64,000 nucleotides of DNA from Gammaproteobacteria bacterium (GCA_965222615.1 CBDCUI010000009.1:640001-704000); one strand, 5' to 3'. Positions 1-9,901 are shown, numbered from the stretch's first letter. Numbers and translations are program-made. The notes: generated by a model not told the origin, from the sequence alone.

Positions 1-655
1 GACTAAGGTTTTTGATTGATGTGTTGTCTATACGCAAAGCATCAATGGACACAAAATTATTGCGCCAAAGAATGTTACCCACCCAGCGATGATTATCATA
101 TATGATTTCTTGGCGTCCTAGTTTGAATGAGGTGTTACCACTACAAGGGTCTGGCGAATTTGGACAACCTCCTGTATGGCTGCGCCAGCCAAGGTAGAAT
201 TCGTTTATTTCTTCATATTCATTGTCAGGAATAATGGAATGGCCTGCTGCTATACGAGATCCGACTGGACCTGGTGGAATCCTGAAATCGTCATCGAGAT
301 TGAGAGCATTGTCATCACCTAAAGGTCTACCTGCTTCAAACTCACCACGAAGATAAAAGCCGTGGTAACGGGCCGTAGTCCACCCCCCCACAACACGAGC
401 AGTTAACTGTTCCGCTGTATCCGCACTGGCAATGGGTGATCCTGCCGATATGTCATCATCCACCTCTTCGTGTCGAAGCCTTAACCTCATATGCGGTTCG
501 CCATGAACGAGTGCCCTACCTAAAGAATCAGCGGCCGGTAAAAATTTTCCTCGATGTGTATTAGGAATATCAGTCAGGCCCACTGCTGAAACTCCCTGAG
601 CGATTAAAAAGATGGTGGTTGCCACCAGATAAGAAAGGGGTGTAAATTTGGCCAT
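1..655 (-). CDS. Alginate-export (AlgE-like) outer-membrane beta-barrel porin, 5' part (runs off the window)
   Basis: Absent from the ORF track. Manual translation from ATG 655 (RBS GGAGGAG at ~664-670) gives MAKFTPLSYLVATTIFLIAQGVSA (signal peptide)...LRLRHEEVDD...EINEFYLGW...FKLGRQEIIYDNHRWVGNILWRNNFVSIDALRI, open to the window edge. The GRQ..YDN.R.VG...WR motif is typical of the alginate-export family. Confidence 0.75.
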   Translation of the reverse strand, partial: MAKFTPLSYLVATTIFLIAQGVSAVGLTDIPNTHRGKFLPAADSLGRALVHGEPHMRLRLRHEEVDDDISAGSPIASADTAEQLTARVVGGWTTARYHGFYLRGEFEAGRPLGDDNALNLDDDFRIPPGPVGSRIAAGHSIIPDNEYEEINEFYLGWRSHTGGCPNSPDPCSGNTSFKLGRQEIIYDNHRWVGNILWRNNFVSIDALRIDNTSIKNLS

Positions 656-816
656 GAATGCTTCTCCTCCCTTGAAGATTTAAGCCGGATCTTTCACGTA
701 TTTACCCGGCCACGTACAGTCGATTGAATCTGATTTTTTTATATTTTTTATATACTGACTTTATGGGTCATAACATTTACTTAATGATCAATATAAAAGA
801 ATAGCGCGTTATTCGT

Positions 817-858
817 CCAAGACTTTGTTGTTATTGAACCCATAGGAGTTGACTATAG
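817..858 (-). promoter_or_regulatory. Putative CynR-like LysR operator/promoter element upstream of the porin
   Basis: Minus strand reads ATAG-TCAACTC-CTAT-GGGTTCAATAACA-ACAAAGTCTTGG, the same layout as three other sites. Confidence 0.75.
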
Positions 859-1055
859 TTCTAAGGAATGCACTGCAGATTTGATGACGGCAGCCAGGAT
901 TTAAATGTAATTACAGCTTTTTCATCATTAGGGCATCATACTCATAATTTATGTGCCTAAATATAAAATTTACAATCAAATGAAGTCGATACTTCTGAAT
1001 CAATAACTCAATTTTGCAACTAACTTAAAAATTTAATCTACGGAAACACGCCAAT

Positions 1056-1940
1056 ATGACGCACCGTTTTTATATAGTTGATGTGTTTACTGAACAACCT
1101 TACACCGGAAACCCGCTTGCGGTTGTTGTTATGGCAAAATCACTATCAGACGAAACCATGCAAAAAATTGCAGCGGAGATGAATTTTTCTGAAACCACTT
1201 TCGTGGCAACAACACCAGAAGATAATGGTGGATATCGTGTGCGAATATTTACACCTGCACGAGAAATTGATTTTGCTGGACACCCAATTCTCGGTACAGC
1301 ACAAGTCATTCGCCAATATCTTACTAATGAATCAAGTTCACAAATATTATTAAATCTCTCTAAGAGTCTGATACCAGTTAACTTTGAACATTTCAGCAAT
1401 GAGAGTGAAGTTGCCTGGTTTCTTGCACCACCAATGAAACTTGGCAAGGAATCTGCTCGCGAGCCTGTCGCAACTGCACTTGATTTAGCACCTGATGACA
1501 TTGATATCAGAACACCAATACAAGTAGTTTCTGCAGGTACTTCGGCGATGATTGTTCCACTAAATACTATGCAAGCACTACAGCATAGCCAACTAAATTT
1601 AGAAAAATTTGCCGTTTTAGCTGCTGAAGGTTTTCCACCTTTAATATATCTTTTTTGCCAACAAACACATCACCCCGAGAATGATTTATGTGCAAGATTT
1701 TTCTTTGAGGCGCATGGAGTACGTGAAGATCCAGCAACCGGAAATGGCGCAGCCTTTCTTGGAGCATATCTGTTGAAACATCGTTATTTCTCTAAATCCG
1801 ATTTATCACTACGAATTGAACAAGGTTATGAAATTCACCGGCCATCGTTGGTGAGGTTACGTGCACGAATACAAAATGGAAGTAGTGATATACAGGTTGG
1901 CGGTCATGTCATTCCAACAGTGCAAGGTCAACTTCTTTAA
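1056..1940 (+). CDS. PhzF-family (DAP-epimerase-like) isomerase
   Basis: VDVFT...GNPLAVV, MNFSETTF, RIFTP..EIDFAGHP and EDPATG motifs. Confidence 0.9.
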   Translation: MTHRFYIVDVFTEQPYTGNPLAVVVMAKSLSDETMQKIAAEMNFSETTFVATTPEDNGGYRVRIFTPAREIDFAGHPILGTAQVIRQYLTNESSSQILLNLSKSLIPVNFEHFSNESEVAWFLAPPMKLGKESAREPVATALDLAPDDIDIRTPIQVVSAGTSAMIVPLNTMQALQHSQLNLEKFAVLAAEGFPPLIYLFCQQTHHPENDLCARFFFEAHGVREDPATGNGAAFLGAYLLKHRYFSKSDLSLRIEQGYEIHRPSLVRLRARIQNGSSDIQVGGHVIPTVQGQLL

Positions 1941-2247
1941 CACCGTTTTGAATACCAAGCAATGTCAAACACGATAAGAACCTATAGTACTTATACACAA
2001 CTTTACCTTATGCTAAATTTCATATTAATTGGAGTTTTACATACGCTAATTAAAATATATTTATTAAAGAATAAGTGCATGTATGACTCTTGACTGGTAA
2101 AATTTAACCTAGTTCAGATAGCAATTAGTAACTTAGAGTACAACCTATTTTTTTAGGTACTTTGATAAAATCAAGAGTAACGAGCAAGATAATATCTTGT
2201 AATAACTTGTGCTCATTTTAGGTTGGGAGATGATAGGAGGTGTAAGA

Positions 2248-3225
2248 ATGTTTAAAAATAAAACGAACGGGTCCACCTTTTTTCTTGCATTAGGATTAAT
2301 TTTTCTTGTCCTCCCTTCAACTGGGCAAACTGGAGATAAGAATTTTGCGCCAACTATCGCATACCAAATGGTCGAGTTAGTACACGATGAAATTGAGCTA
2401 ATACGAAAACACAAACAAACGCCTGTTGATACACGTGCTAGTTTTCCTGTAGAACATGTTTTCCCCAGAGAAGTGTATTTCCAAGCCCTTACCTTACGAC
2501 AAAAGGCAGGGCGCCTTTGTCATGAAACCACTCAATTTTTATTAGCGCCTCCCGCTGCTGTACAGTTTTCGATTCCAAAAACAATCACTCCTGAAGACGT
2601 ATACGATATTGTCAATGACGCGTGGAGCCAAATTCGTTGTGCTAAGGCTGGCCTAAACATAAGTGAAGAAATCCAGCAATCGGCAAAACAAGGCACGGCT
2701 AAGACACTCACAGATGTGTTTAAGTCAATTGTTCAAGCGAATCGGCAGTTAAATTTAATATTAGAACAACCTATTGAACCAGGAGATGTATATGCCGTCG
2801 TTCAACATGCGAATGCGTATATAGTTGATATACTTGACAAATTAGCACCGGTGTGGAGTTTAACCGCACCCACACTTCCAGAGTATCAAGCAGGTAAAAG
2901 GCCCATCGATATCTACAAACAAATGCTAAAGAACTTCAGGATTATCGAACAAATATCAAAGGATTCTGGAATCGATATGCTGAGTTTAGGACCAGAAATA
3001 CAAACACCGATTACAACTACAGATGTTTTTGATTTGAGTTCTCTTATCCTTTCTGAACTAAGTTATTTTGCAACACAACTTGGCATAAATCGGATTTACA
3101 GATTGGAATCTCATCCTGACAAAGTTCCTTCTGATGTGTATCAGCAAGCACAAATTGTAGAGGCTCATCTAGAAATATTGGAGGGTTTTACCAAGAAGTA
3201 TCCGACTTGGACTAAATTAGAGTAA
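2248..3225 (+). CDS. Exported hypothetical protein with repeated P-x-D-V-(Y/F) helical motifs
   Basis: ATG 2248 with AGGAGG RBS, hydrophobic N-terminus, long ORF, no recognised family. Confidence 0.7.
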   Translation: MFKNKTNGSTFFLALGLIFLVLPSTGQTGDKNFAPTIAYQMVELVHDEIELIRKHKQTPVDTRASFPVEHVFPREVYFQALTLRQKAGRLCHETTQFLLAPPAAVQFSIPKTITPEDVYDIVNDAWSQIRCAKAGLNISEEIQQSAKQGTAKTLTDVFKSIVQANRQLNLILEQPIEPGDVYAVVQHANAYIVDILDKLAPVWSLTAPTLPEYQAGKRPIDIYKQMLKNFRIIEQISKDSGIDMLSLGPEIQTPITTTDVFDLSSLILSELSYFATQLGINRIYRLESHPDKVPSDVYQQAQIVEAHLEILEGFTKKYPTWTKLE

Positions 3226-3358
3226 TATAACTTTTAGTTAAACAACAATTTAATTTTACTTTTGTATAAGAAAGCTTAATGCCATAAATCTAATTAGCTG
3301 ATAGTAAGCATGCGTGACTGAATATCTATCCATAGGGATCTAAACTAAAATCAGGTAT

Positions 3359-3739
3359 ATGGACAGCTATACCGTCTTAAAAAATATTCATATCGCGACT
3401 GTATTGATTTCAATTGCAGGATTTTTTTTACGCGGAATTTGGATGATGCAATCTTCTTCCAAACTACTACATCGTTGGACAAAAATTGCACCACATATTA
3501 ACGATACAATTTTACTATTATCTGCAATTGCCTTAGTTTTTATTACAGCTCAATATCCAGGGCCAACAACGTGGCTAAATACAAAAATTATAGCTTTAGT
3601 AGTCTATATAATATTAGGAACAATTGCTCTTAAGCGCGGCAAGACGATGAGAACACGTGTTATTGCATGGTGTCTAGCATTGATGACGTTTATATATATT
3701 ATTATGGTAGCAATCAACAAAAACTCTTTGCCAATTTAA
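3359..3739 (+). CDS. SirB2/YchQ-family membrane protein
   Basis: LKNIH...SIAGFFLRG, KIAPHINDTILLLSA and WLNTKIIALVVYIILG match the SirB2 pattern. Confidence 0.85.
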   Translation: MDSYTVLKNIHIATVLISIAGFFLRGIWMMQSSSKLLHRWTKIAPHINDTILLLSAIALVFITAQYPGPTTWLNTKIIALVVYIILGTIALKRGKTMRTRVIAWCLALMTFIYIIMVAINKNSLPI

Positions 3740-3870
3740 ACGTCGACAAAAACAGCGTATAACAAACTCGATAGATAGCTTGTACTAAACCTCCAGAAAA
3801 GTTTTTCGTAAAACTTGCTCTTATTACAACCTTTACAGCATCCCGTTAAGAAACTGTAACTATAAAAGCT

Positions 3871-4053
3871 TTAGTGACAAGGAAAACCTTGCGAATGGCG
3901 AATATCATGTGCCGCATTATGCATAGCTGCTGTGTTTACAAAACCCGCACCATACAAAATGACACAGCCAAGTAAAAACGCACATGCAATCTGCAACGGT
4001 TTCGAAATCGACCTTGTATGCAAAATAGTTTCAGTTGTAGTCTGATTCTGCAT
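3871..4053 (-). CDS. cbtB: Cobalt transporter subunit CbtB (copy 1, last gene of the scn operon)
   Basis: One TM helix followed by the signature HNAAHDIRHSQGFPCH. Confidence 0.9.
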   Translation of the reverse strand: MQNQTTTETILHTRSISKPLQIACAFLLGCVILYGAGFVNTAAMHNAAHDIRHSQGFPCH

Positions 4054-4103
4054 ATTTACTCCTTACTTAAAAAAATTAAAAAATTCGATACACTTGTTGG
4101 ACA

Positions 4104-4946
4104 TCACGTATGGTGCCAACTAAAACGTTTAATGAGCATTGAACACGAACTATCTAAAATGTAACCCATTATTCCAATGGTTAGCACCATTGCGGTGAGG
4201 TGGTCATAGGATAAAGTTTCACGCGCATCTGCGATAGAGTAGCCTAGGCCTGAAGTCACACCCAAAAATTCTGCTGGGACAAGTACAATCCAAGCAACAC
4301 CAAGCGCAAGACGTACACCTGTCAGAATATCGAACATAATTGCAGGCAAAATAATTTGCGTGACCATATGCCAAGGCTTAGCCCCTAAATTACGCGCAAC
4401 TTTGAACCACGCAGGATCTACCTTGGCGAGCCCTGCAGCAGTTGCAAACACGATTGGCCATACTGCTGCAATTGCAATAAGAAATACGATTGCGCCATTC
4501 CAGGTAGTAAACACAATTACCGCAATCGGCTCCCAGGAAAGCGGGCTGATCATACGAATCAATTGAAATGGGGAGTTGCTTAGTTCTCGGAATATTTTGC
4601 TACGCCCTAGGAGAATACCGATCGGTACTCCAACGATGATAGCAATAAGTAATCCAATACCTAGTCGATAACCACTAGTTTTAACTGCTGCTTGGATCTT
4701 ACCTTCTGCCAATAATTCCGGAAATGCTTGGAACGTTGGAATAGGCCCGAAATCTTTAAAGTTTGTAGTATTGGGATTTATCTCAATTAAATAACCACCA
4801 ATCCACCAAAGCACAAATAAAATCGCAAGGCCCGCAGCCCAATTAAACAAGCTCCTACCCATCGACTTGGCAATAGCCGAGCTTTGAACAGCATTTATAG
4901 ATTCAATAGCACCTATTTCAGCTGTTTTATCAGTTCCATTACTCAA
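4104..4946 (-). CDS. NitT/TauT-type ABC transporter permease
   Basis: Multiple TM segments; ARNLGA (EAA-like loop) and LGVAWIVLVPAEFLGVTSGLGY motifs. Confidence 0.9.
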   Translation of the reverse strand: MSNGTDKTAEIGAIESINAVQSSAIAKSMGRSLFNWAAGLAILFVLWWIGGYLIEINPNTTNFKDFGPIPTFQAFPELLAEGKIQAAVKTSGYRLGIGLLIAIIVGVPIGILLGRSKIFRELSNSPFQLIRMISPLSWEPIAVIVFTTWNGAIVFLIAIAAVWPIVFATAAGLAKVDPAWFKVARNLGAKPWHMVTQIILPAIMFDILTGVRLALGVAWIVLVPAEFLGVTSGLGYSIADARETLSYDHLTAMVLTIGIMGYILDSSCSMLIKRFSWHHT

Positions 4947-6238
4947 AGCTCAAATACCTCGGTACGAATGTATGGATCACCTTCTTTGGGTACGCTAGCG
5001 TCGTTTCTCCATTTTGGATTCGCTTCAAGAGCGGTCTTGATAAAATCATAATTAACCAAGTCATCCGAAACATGTTCTGGAGTAAGCGTATCAAGAAACT
5101 TAGCGTCACCTGTAACCACAGTCTCTTTTAAGTCACTAACCACTAACTCGGTAGCAGATCTATATGGCCATGCTTGAAAATCGATGCGGTTTTGATCCCA
5201 TTCAGGATGTTTAATCGCAAGAGGATTTTGATAGTAAGCAGGATCGTAAAACATCATAGCCCTTTTCACTACTTCTTTCGGAACTGGCAAATACCCTTTA
5301 CCATCTTTAGAAAGTCGTTCAGCCATTGCCTCTCTATTTTCAGCAAGATGAATCTGAGCTTTTACTACAGCATTATGCACACCTTGTGCCCATGCAGCAC
5401 GATCAGGATCCATTGCATCTTCCTCATGCATAACAACGACACAACATGGATGTCCTTTCCATGCATCACCAGTGAAACGTAAAACTTTACCACCGGCTTT
5501 AAGCTCACCTAAAGCATTGAATGGTTCTGCCACGCAATAACCATCAATGGTTCCTGCTGCAAGCGCGGGTGGCATAGACGGTGGCGCCAATACTAAGAAA
5601 TTACACTCGTCGGGTTCGAGCTTGGCACTTTGCGGTTTAATCACCGGTTTAATCCCAGCCGCTTTCATAATTCTTTGGGATACGATGTTATGAATCGAAT
5701 ACCAATACGGTACTGCAAACTGTTTACCACCAAAATCTTTTGGCTCATTAATGCCGCTATTCTTACCGACAAGGACCGCAGAACCATTAGTATGATCCCA
5801 CGCCGTAATCTTAATTGGATATTTGTTGTTATAACGCATCCAAACTGGAATAGGGATTAACATGTGCGTAAGGTTGAAACGATGCGCGGCAAAGGCCTCT
5901 ACCAAAGGTGACCAACCACGAATAAGTGTAGGCTTAACCGACTCAAGACCTTCATCTTTAAAATAACCTTGGTCATGCGCGATCAACAAAGCTGCCGCAT
6001 CGGTAATGGGTATGTAACCGATTTTAATCACCGGATCCCATTTTTTCTTTGCTGCAAAAATAGGCATAGGCAATGAGCTCGCACCTCCCGCCAGTGCCGC
6101 GAGACCTCCTACTTGTAACAGTTCACGCCGGTTAATACCGGTACCTAAAACACCTTTAAAAAGTGGATCAAATTCTATAGCAAGTTTAGGATCATCATTT
6201 TGGATCCCATCACCATGTTTCTGGTAAATTTTCTTCAT
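4943..6238 (-). CDS. NrtA/CmpA/CynA-like ABC substrate-binding protein (Tat signal)
   Basis: NRRELL twin-arginine motif; KIGYIPITDAAALLIA, GYCVAEPFN and GHPCCV motifs. Confidence 0.88.
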   Translation of the reverse strand: MKKIYQKHGDGIQNDDPKLAIEFDPLFKGVLGTGINRRELLQVGGLAALAGGASSLPMPIFAAKKKWDPVIKIGYIPITDAAALLIAHDQGYFKDEGLESVKPTLIRGWSPLVEAFAAHRFNLTHMLIPIPVWMRYNNKYPIKITAWDHTNGSAVLVGKNSGINEPKDFGGKQFAVPYWYSIHNIVSQRIMKAAGIKPVIKPQSAKLEPDECNFLVLAPPSMPPALAAGTIDGYCVAEPFNALGELKAGGKVLRFTGDAWKGHPCCVVVMHEEDAMDPDRAAWAQGVHNAVVKAQIHLAENREAMAERLSKDGKGYLPVPKEVVKRAMMFYDPAYYQNPLAIKHPEWDQNRIDFQAWPYRSATELVVSDLKETVVTGDAKFLDTLTPEHVSDDLVNYDFIKTALEANPKWRNDASVPKEGDPYIRTEVFEL

Positions 6239-6338
6239 AGCGGAATTCCTCTCATCGTTACTCTAAATAGTAGTTTCTCTTATCTAGTTTCTATCAACGT
6301 TAAAAAATCAAATGTACACTTAACTATCATTTTTTTAA

Positions 6339-7169
6339 TCAATTGCCAGCAAACTCGGCATTTGATGCAGAAGTATCCCCATTATCCATCTGGGCATTTT
6401 CTTTTGGCGCCCCCGCTGCATCGTGAAAAATTTGCATAAGGTGAGTACGCATTTTCTGAACTGCAGGATCTTGTCGATCACGTGGATCTGGAAGATCCAC
6501 TCTGAGATCATGAACCATCTTGCCGGGCGAACCGGCCATCACTAGCGCACGATCTGCCATGATTACTGCTTCGTCTATATCATGTGTCACCATGACTAAG
6601 TTAAAACCTAGCTGTTTAGAAATTGCGCGAACATCTTTTTGCAAAGATGCACGAGTAAACGCATCTAATGCAGAAAACGGTTCATCCAAAAGAAGCATTT
6701 CAGGCTCCATTACTAAAGAACGTGCTAAAGCTACTCGTTGTTGTTGCCCACCTGAGAGATCTTGAGTATTTTTTTTCGTATACTCTTCCATGTTAACCAA
6801 ACTAATTGCTTCGTTAACACGATCACGAATTTTATTTTTTGACCAACCAGCAAAACGTAATCCGGTACCGACATTTTGTTCAACCGTCATCCAGGGAAAT
6901 AGATGTGGAGCCTGAAACATCATCACCCATTTTGATGAAGGGTCTTTAACATCTTTATTATTTAACTGCACGGTACCACTGTAATTTCCCAACAAACCAG
7001 CGACGATGTGAAGTAAAGTGGACTTACCGCACCCGGAGCGACCGATAATGACAAGTGACTCACCGGGTTGTGCCTCCATATCCACTTTGTCAAAAGTAAG
7101 TGGACACTTTGAGTTATATCGGTGGGTAAGATCCTTTACATTAATATGTACACCATTGCGTTCTGCCAT
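6339..7169 (-). CDS. ABC transporter ATP-binding subunit (NitT/TauT type)
   Basis: Walker A GRSGCGKS, LSGGQQQR and LLLDEPFSALD. Likely start is ATG 7169 (MAERNG). Confidence 0.92.
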   Translation of the reverse strand: MAERNGVHINVKDLTHRYNSKCPLTFDKVDMEAQPGESLVIIGRSGCGKSTLLHIVAGLLGNYSGTVQLNNKDVKDPSSKWVMMFQAPHLFPWMTVEQNVGTGLRFAGWSKNKIRDRVNEAISLVNMEEYTKKNTQDLSGGQQQRVALARSLVMEPEMLLLDEPFSALDAFTRASLQKDVRAISKQLGFNLVMVTHDIDEAVIMADRALVMAGSPGKMVHDLRVDLPDPRDRQDPAVQKMRTHLMQIFHDAAGAPKENAQMDNGDTSASNAEFAGN

Positions 7170-7334
7170 GTGTAATCCCTTCTGTAATATCGTAGTTTCG
7201 GACTGCCAACTACCTGGTTCAACGCTTAACCGGGAATTGAGCGCTCCCTTCAAACTGTGTTGATACATCAAGTAAGCTGCTCCATTCGACCTGTGTGGAT
7301 ATACTTGTTAATAAGACCGCTCTTTTTCATGAAA

Positions 7335-7697
7335 TTATTCAGCAATAATCTTGTCAGACCATTCAACGTCTTCAACAAAAGTATCAGGATTACCTGGTTG
7401 TGCACCTGCTTTTGCCATATCATCTTCTGTAACACCTCGTGCTCTTGAACATGCACCGCAACATTCAATTCGTACACCATTCTCAATAGCTTCATTCCAC
7501 TGCTCAGCCACCGAGGGCCACCCAAGTGGAACCATATTCTCACGAACCACTGGCCGTGCAAGACATACTGCTTCGCCTAGCAGAAATATTCGAATCTCAT
7601 GGCCCTTACCAGCCAATGCGTTAGCATGTCCAAACACCATCGCTGCTCGTGTTGGATCATCACTCCCCCATGATGACTTCATAAAAATCTTTGCCAT
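7335..7697 (-). CDS. DsrE/DsrF-like sulfur relay family protein
   Basis: 120 aa; IFLLGEAV and CCGACSRARG motifs typical of the DsrE family. Confidence 0.8.
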   Translation of the reverse strand: MAKIFMKSSWGSDDPTRAAMVFGHANALAGKGHEIRIFLLGEAVCLARPVVRENMVPLGWPSVAEQWNEAIENGVRIECCGACSRARGVTEDDMAKAGAQPGNPDTFVEDVEWSDKIIAE

Positions 7698-7791
7698 GAC
7701 TCCTTCCTAATTTTCACTACTTAGTTATTATTTTTTTATTAACCAAAACTTTTTTCTGGTCTGTCGATACAAATTCGAAGCAGGTTTTGTA

Positions 7792-8193
7792 TCACACCAT
7801 ATTGAGACGTTTATCAACCTCCTTTATACGACGCTTGAGTTCATCTTCATCAATAAGGCCTCTACGAATCATGGAATGGACCAGTGCTAATAGTTGCCGT
7901 TCTGGAAATGGGACATCTGCATAGTGATCTTCAGATAATTCATCTTCTTCCCAACGACGTTCTAGTGCCGGTAATGCACAAGCAACTTCAGATAAAACAT
8001 CACAGGTCGCTTCTAGCGTAATCTTCCAAGGTGGGTCAGGATTATCCACGCCATATTGTTCACATAAATCGCCCCAGACTCTTCCTTCCTTTTTAATTTC
8101 TTCAAGTAACGAAATTGGAGATTTATCCAAATTCCGATTTGTCATTTCTTCATCTAGTTTGATTTTCTCAGGATTGATTTCGACCATCATCAT
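7792..8193 (-). CDS. Thiocyanate hydrolase activator/accessory protein (P15K-like, nitrile-hydratase accessory type)
   Basis: ~15 kDa protein immediately downstream of scnC with NHase-beta-N-like features (PPW...LEA, ERR..EDEL, FPERQLLAL..SMIRRGLIDEDEL). Confidence 0.72.
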   Translation of the reverse strand: MMMVEINPEKIKLDEEMTNRNLDKSPISLLEEIKKEGRVWGDLCEQYGVDNPDPPWKITLEATCDVLSEVACALPALERRWEEDELSEDHYADVPFPERQLLALVHSMIRRGLIDEDELKRRIKEVDKRLNMV

Positions 8194-8195
8194 TC

Positions 8196-8891
8196 CTAGT
8201 GTTTGTAAGGCTTAATGGCTTTTCGAATCGGTCGTGGGTCGTTTGTAGTCTTACCTGGTTTCGGTAACGCTACGCCAATTAAACAATCCCGTGTAACAAT
8301 TTCGGTTAATTGATCTTCAGTCCAACCCTCTGTTCCCTCAGGACGTACTGGCATCACAATAAACCGAGACTTCTGATTCGAGTCTTCAACTCTCACTTCA
8401 ACGTCTGCTGGAAGCTGCAAACCAAACTCTGCAAGTACTTGGCGCGGCCAGCGTACTAAGCGTCGTCGATAGTTCGGTGTTCGATACCACTCTGGAGATT
8501 GACCAAGAATCGGTCGTGGGTAACAGGAACACAGTGTACACACCACCACGTGATGTAGCTTCGGTGTATCCTCAAGAACACGTAAATTGCAATAATCACT
8601 AGGTGTACCAAACTTAGTAGGCATTTGATTAACCCAGTCGATACCTACTTCCAGACTGGCTTTAACACCGTCTTCCACAGCCAACTTTTTGAATTCAGGA
8701 TCCAACCATGCTTTGGCAACTAGACGCGCAGCAGGTGTTGGCCCCAGTGTGTGCATATATTCTGTCCACGCCTGATGATCTTCCGCAGTGAACAGACCTT
8801 TCTCAATAGCAAGTTCGCGAACCGCAATTTCAAGTATCTCAAACTCACTGACTTCATCCACCATTGGTGCGGGTTTATGCTTCTCTGCCAT
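8196..8891 (-). CDS. scnC: Thiocyanate hydrolase gamma subunit (Co-binding)
   Basis: Cobalt-type metal motif VVVCTLCSCYP. KPAPMV..V..FEILE.AVRELAIEKGLF and TPSDYCNLRVL closely resemble Thiobacillus thioparus ScnC as I recall it. Confidence 0.93.
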   Translation of the reverse strand: MAEKHKPAPMVDEVSEFEILEIAVRELAIEKGLFTAEDHQAWTEYMHTLGPTPAARLVAKAWLDPEFKKLAVEDGVKASLEVGIDWVNQMPTKFGTPSDYCNLRVLEDTPKLHHVVVCTLCSCYPRPILGQSPEWYRTPNYRRRLVRWPRQVLAEFGLQLPADVEVRVEDSNQKSRFIVMPVRPEGTEGWTEDQLTEIVTRDCLIGVALPKPGKTTNDPRPIRKAIKPYKH

Positions 8892-8949
8892 TTGTTCTTC
8901 CTCTTCTAATAATTAAGTTCTGATTGTTCTGCTGTATCGCTGTTGTTTT

Positions 8950-9318
8950 TTAAAGAGGCTCTAGCCATCGCTCGGGTAACTCAGTCTCTAAAGTATCGTT
9001 TGCAAATGTATCTGGATAATCCGGCCAAAGATCCTTTTGCTTGAATACCAAACTATAAAACCATTCAGGATTTTCCGTGTTATCCCAAGCCTCATCTTCT
9101 GCAGGAGGGCTTTCATAGACCAATGCAACAACAACTGCAGGAGCGCCACGTGTATAAGCTTGAGTGCGGGTATAAAAAATATCTGGCAGATCTCTGATAC
9201 GTACTTTATCGCCTACTTTAAATTTAGGTTTGCTAGCTTCACCTTTAAAGCATTGTGGATCACCTATTCCAGTAGCTTTTTTGACATGATGCTCTCTATC
9301 GTAATGTGGCTTACTCAT
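8950..9318 (-). CDS. scnA: Thiocyanate hydrolase alpha subunit
   Basis: ATGIGDPQCFKG, DLPDIFYTRT and TFANDTLETE match ScnA. Start ATG 9318 overlaps the scnB stop (ATGAGTAA). Confidence 0.92.
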   Translation of the reverse strand: MSKPHYDREHHVKKATGIGDPQCFKGEASKPKFKVGDKVRIRDLPDIFYTRTQAYTRGAPAVVVALVYESPPAEDEAWDNTENPEWFYSLVFKQKDLWPDYPDTFANDTLETELPERWLEPL

Positions 9319-9742
9319 AACGTTTTTTAACCTCGTCAATCTTGTCCTGAAGTTCAGTAAGTGTGACGTATTGCTTATCAACTAATATCAATGCAGCGGT
9401 AAGCAACCACCGACCATAATAAGGAAGACCCAAATATTGCGTCTGACCTACATCTACGTTTTGGCGACGCCGTCTTTCCTCTGCATTCCAAACACCGCGC
9501 CAAGCTAAAACTTCACAAGTTACAAAGGTATTGTGTTCCCACACTTCCTCTTCCTTTTCTTCCCAAGGAATGGGCACATCTCGTTCACCGCCTACGTCAT
9601 GTGCTGCTCGTGTATAGGCACGATATTGTTCGTTAGTAACCTCATCGGGAGATGGGGCATGTGTTTCTTGATGCAACGCTGGCTGTAACAGACCGACAAG
9701 ATTAAGATGGCTTAGAACTCGATCTCTAGTAGAAGATGACAT
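9311..9742 (-). CDS. scnB: Thiocyanate hydrolase beta subunit
   Basis: MSSS..., QPALHQETHAP, HDVGGE, LAWRGVW.AEERRR.QN.DVGQT.YLG.PYYGRWLL match ScnB. Confidence 0.93.
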   Translation of the reverse strand: MSSSTRDRVLSHLNLVGLLQPALHQETHAPSPDEVTNEQYRAYTRAAHDVGGERDVPIPWEEKEEEVWEHNTFVTCEVLAWRGVWNAEERRRRQNVDVGQTQYLGLPYYGRWLLTAALILVDKQYVTLTELQDKIDEVKKRYE

Positions 9743-9901
9743 GGCCTTGTACTCCTTCTTCCGATTATTTTTTTAAATAATTTTTGGCAAGTTGTCTTGC
9801 AGCTCAAGCGATACGCACTGTTTTAGAATTTGGTTATATACTTATTTTATAAGGTATTCACTTGACCTGATGACAAGTCTAATGGAGATGTGTTATTAAT
9901 C

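Noticed and set aside
1056-1940. Phenazine biosynthesis (PhzF plus the distant methyltransferase and isochorismatase-like genes)
   Set aside because: No phzA/B, phzE or phzG, and the genes are tens of kb apart. Stand-alone PhzF-family genes are common.
8196-9742. Calling the three-subunit enzyme a nitrile hydratase
   Set aside because: The split beta-type subunits, the B-A-C order and near-verbatim Scn motifs fit thiocyanate hydrolase better.
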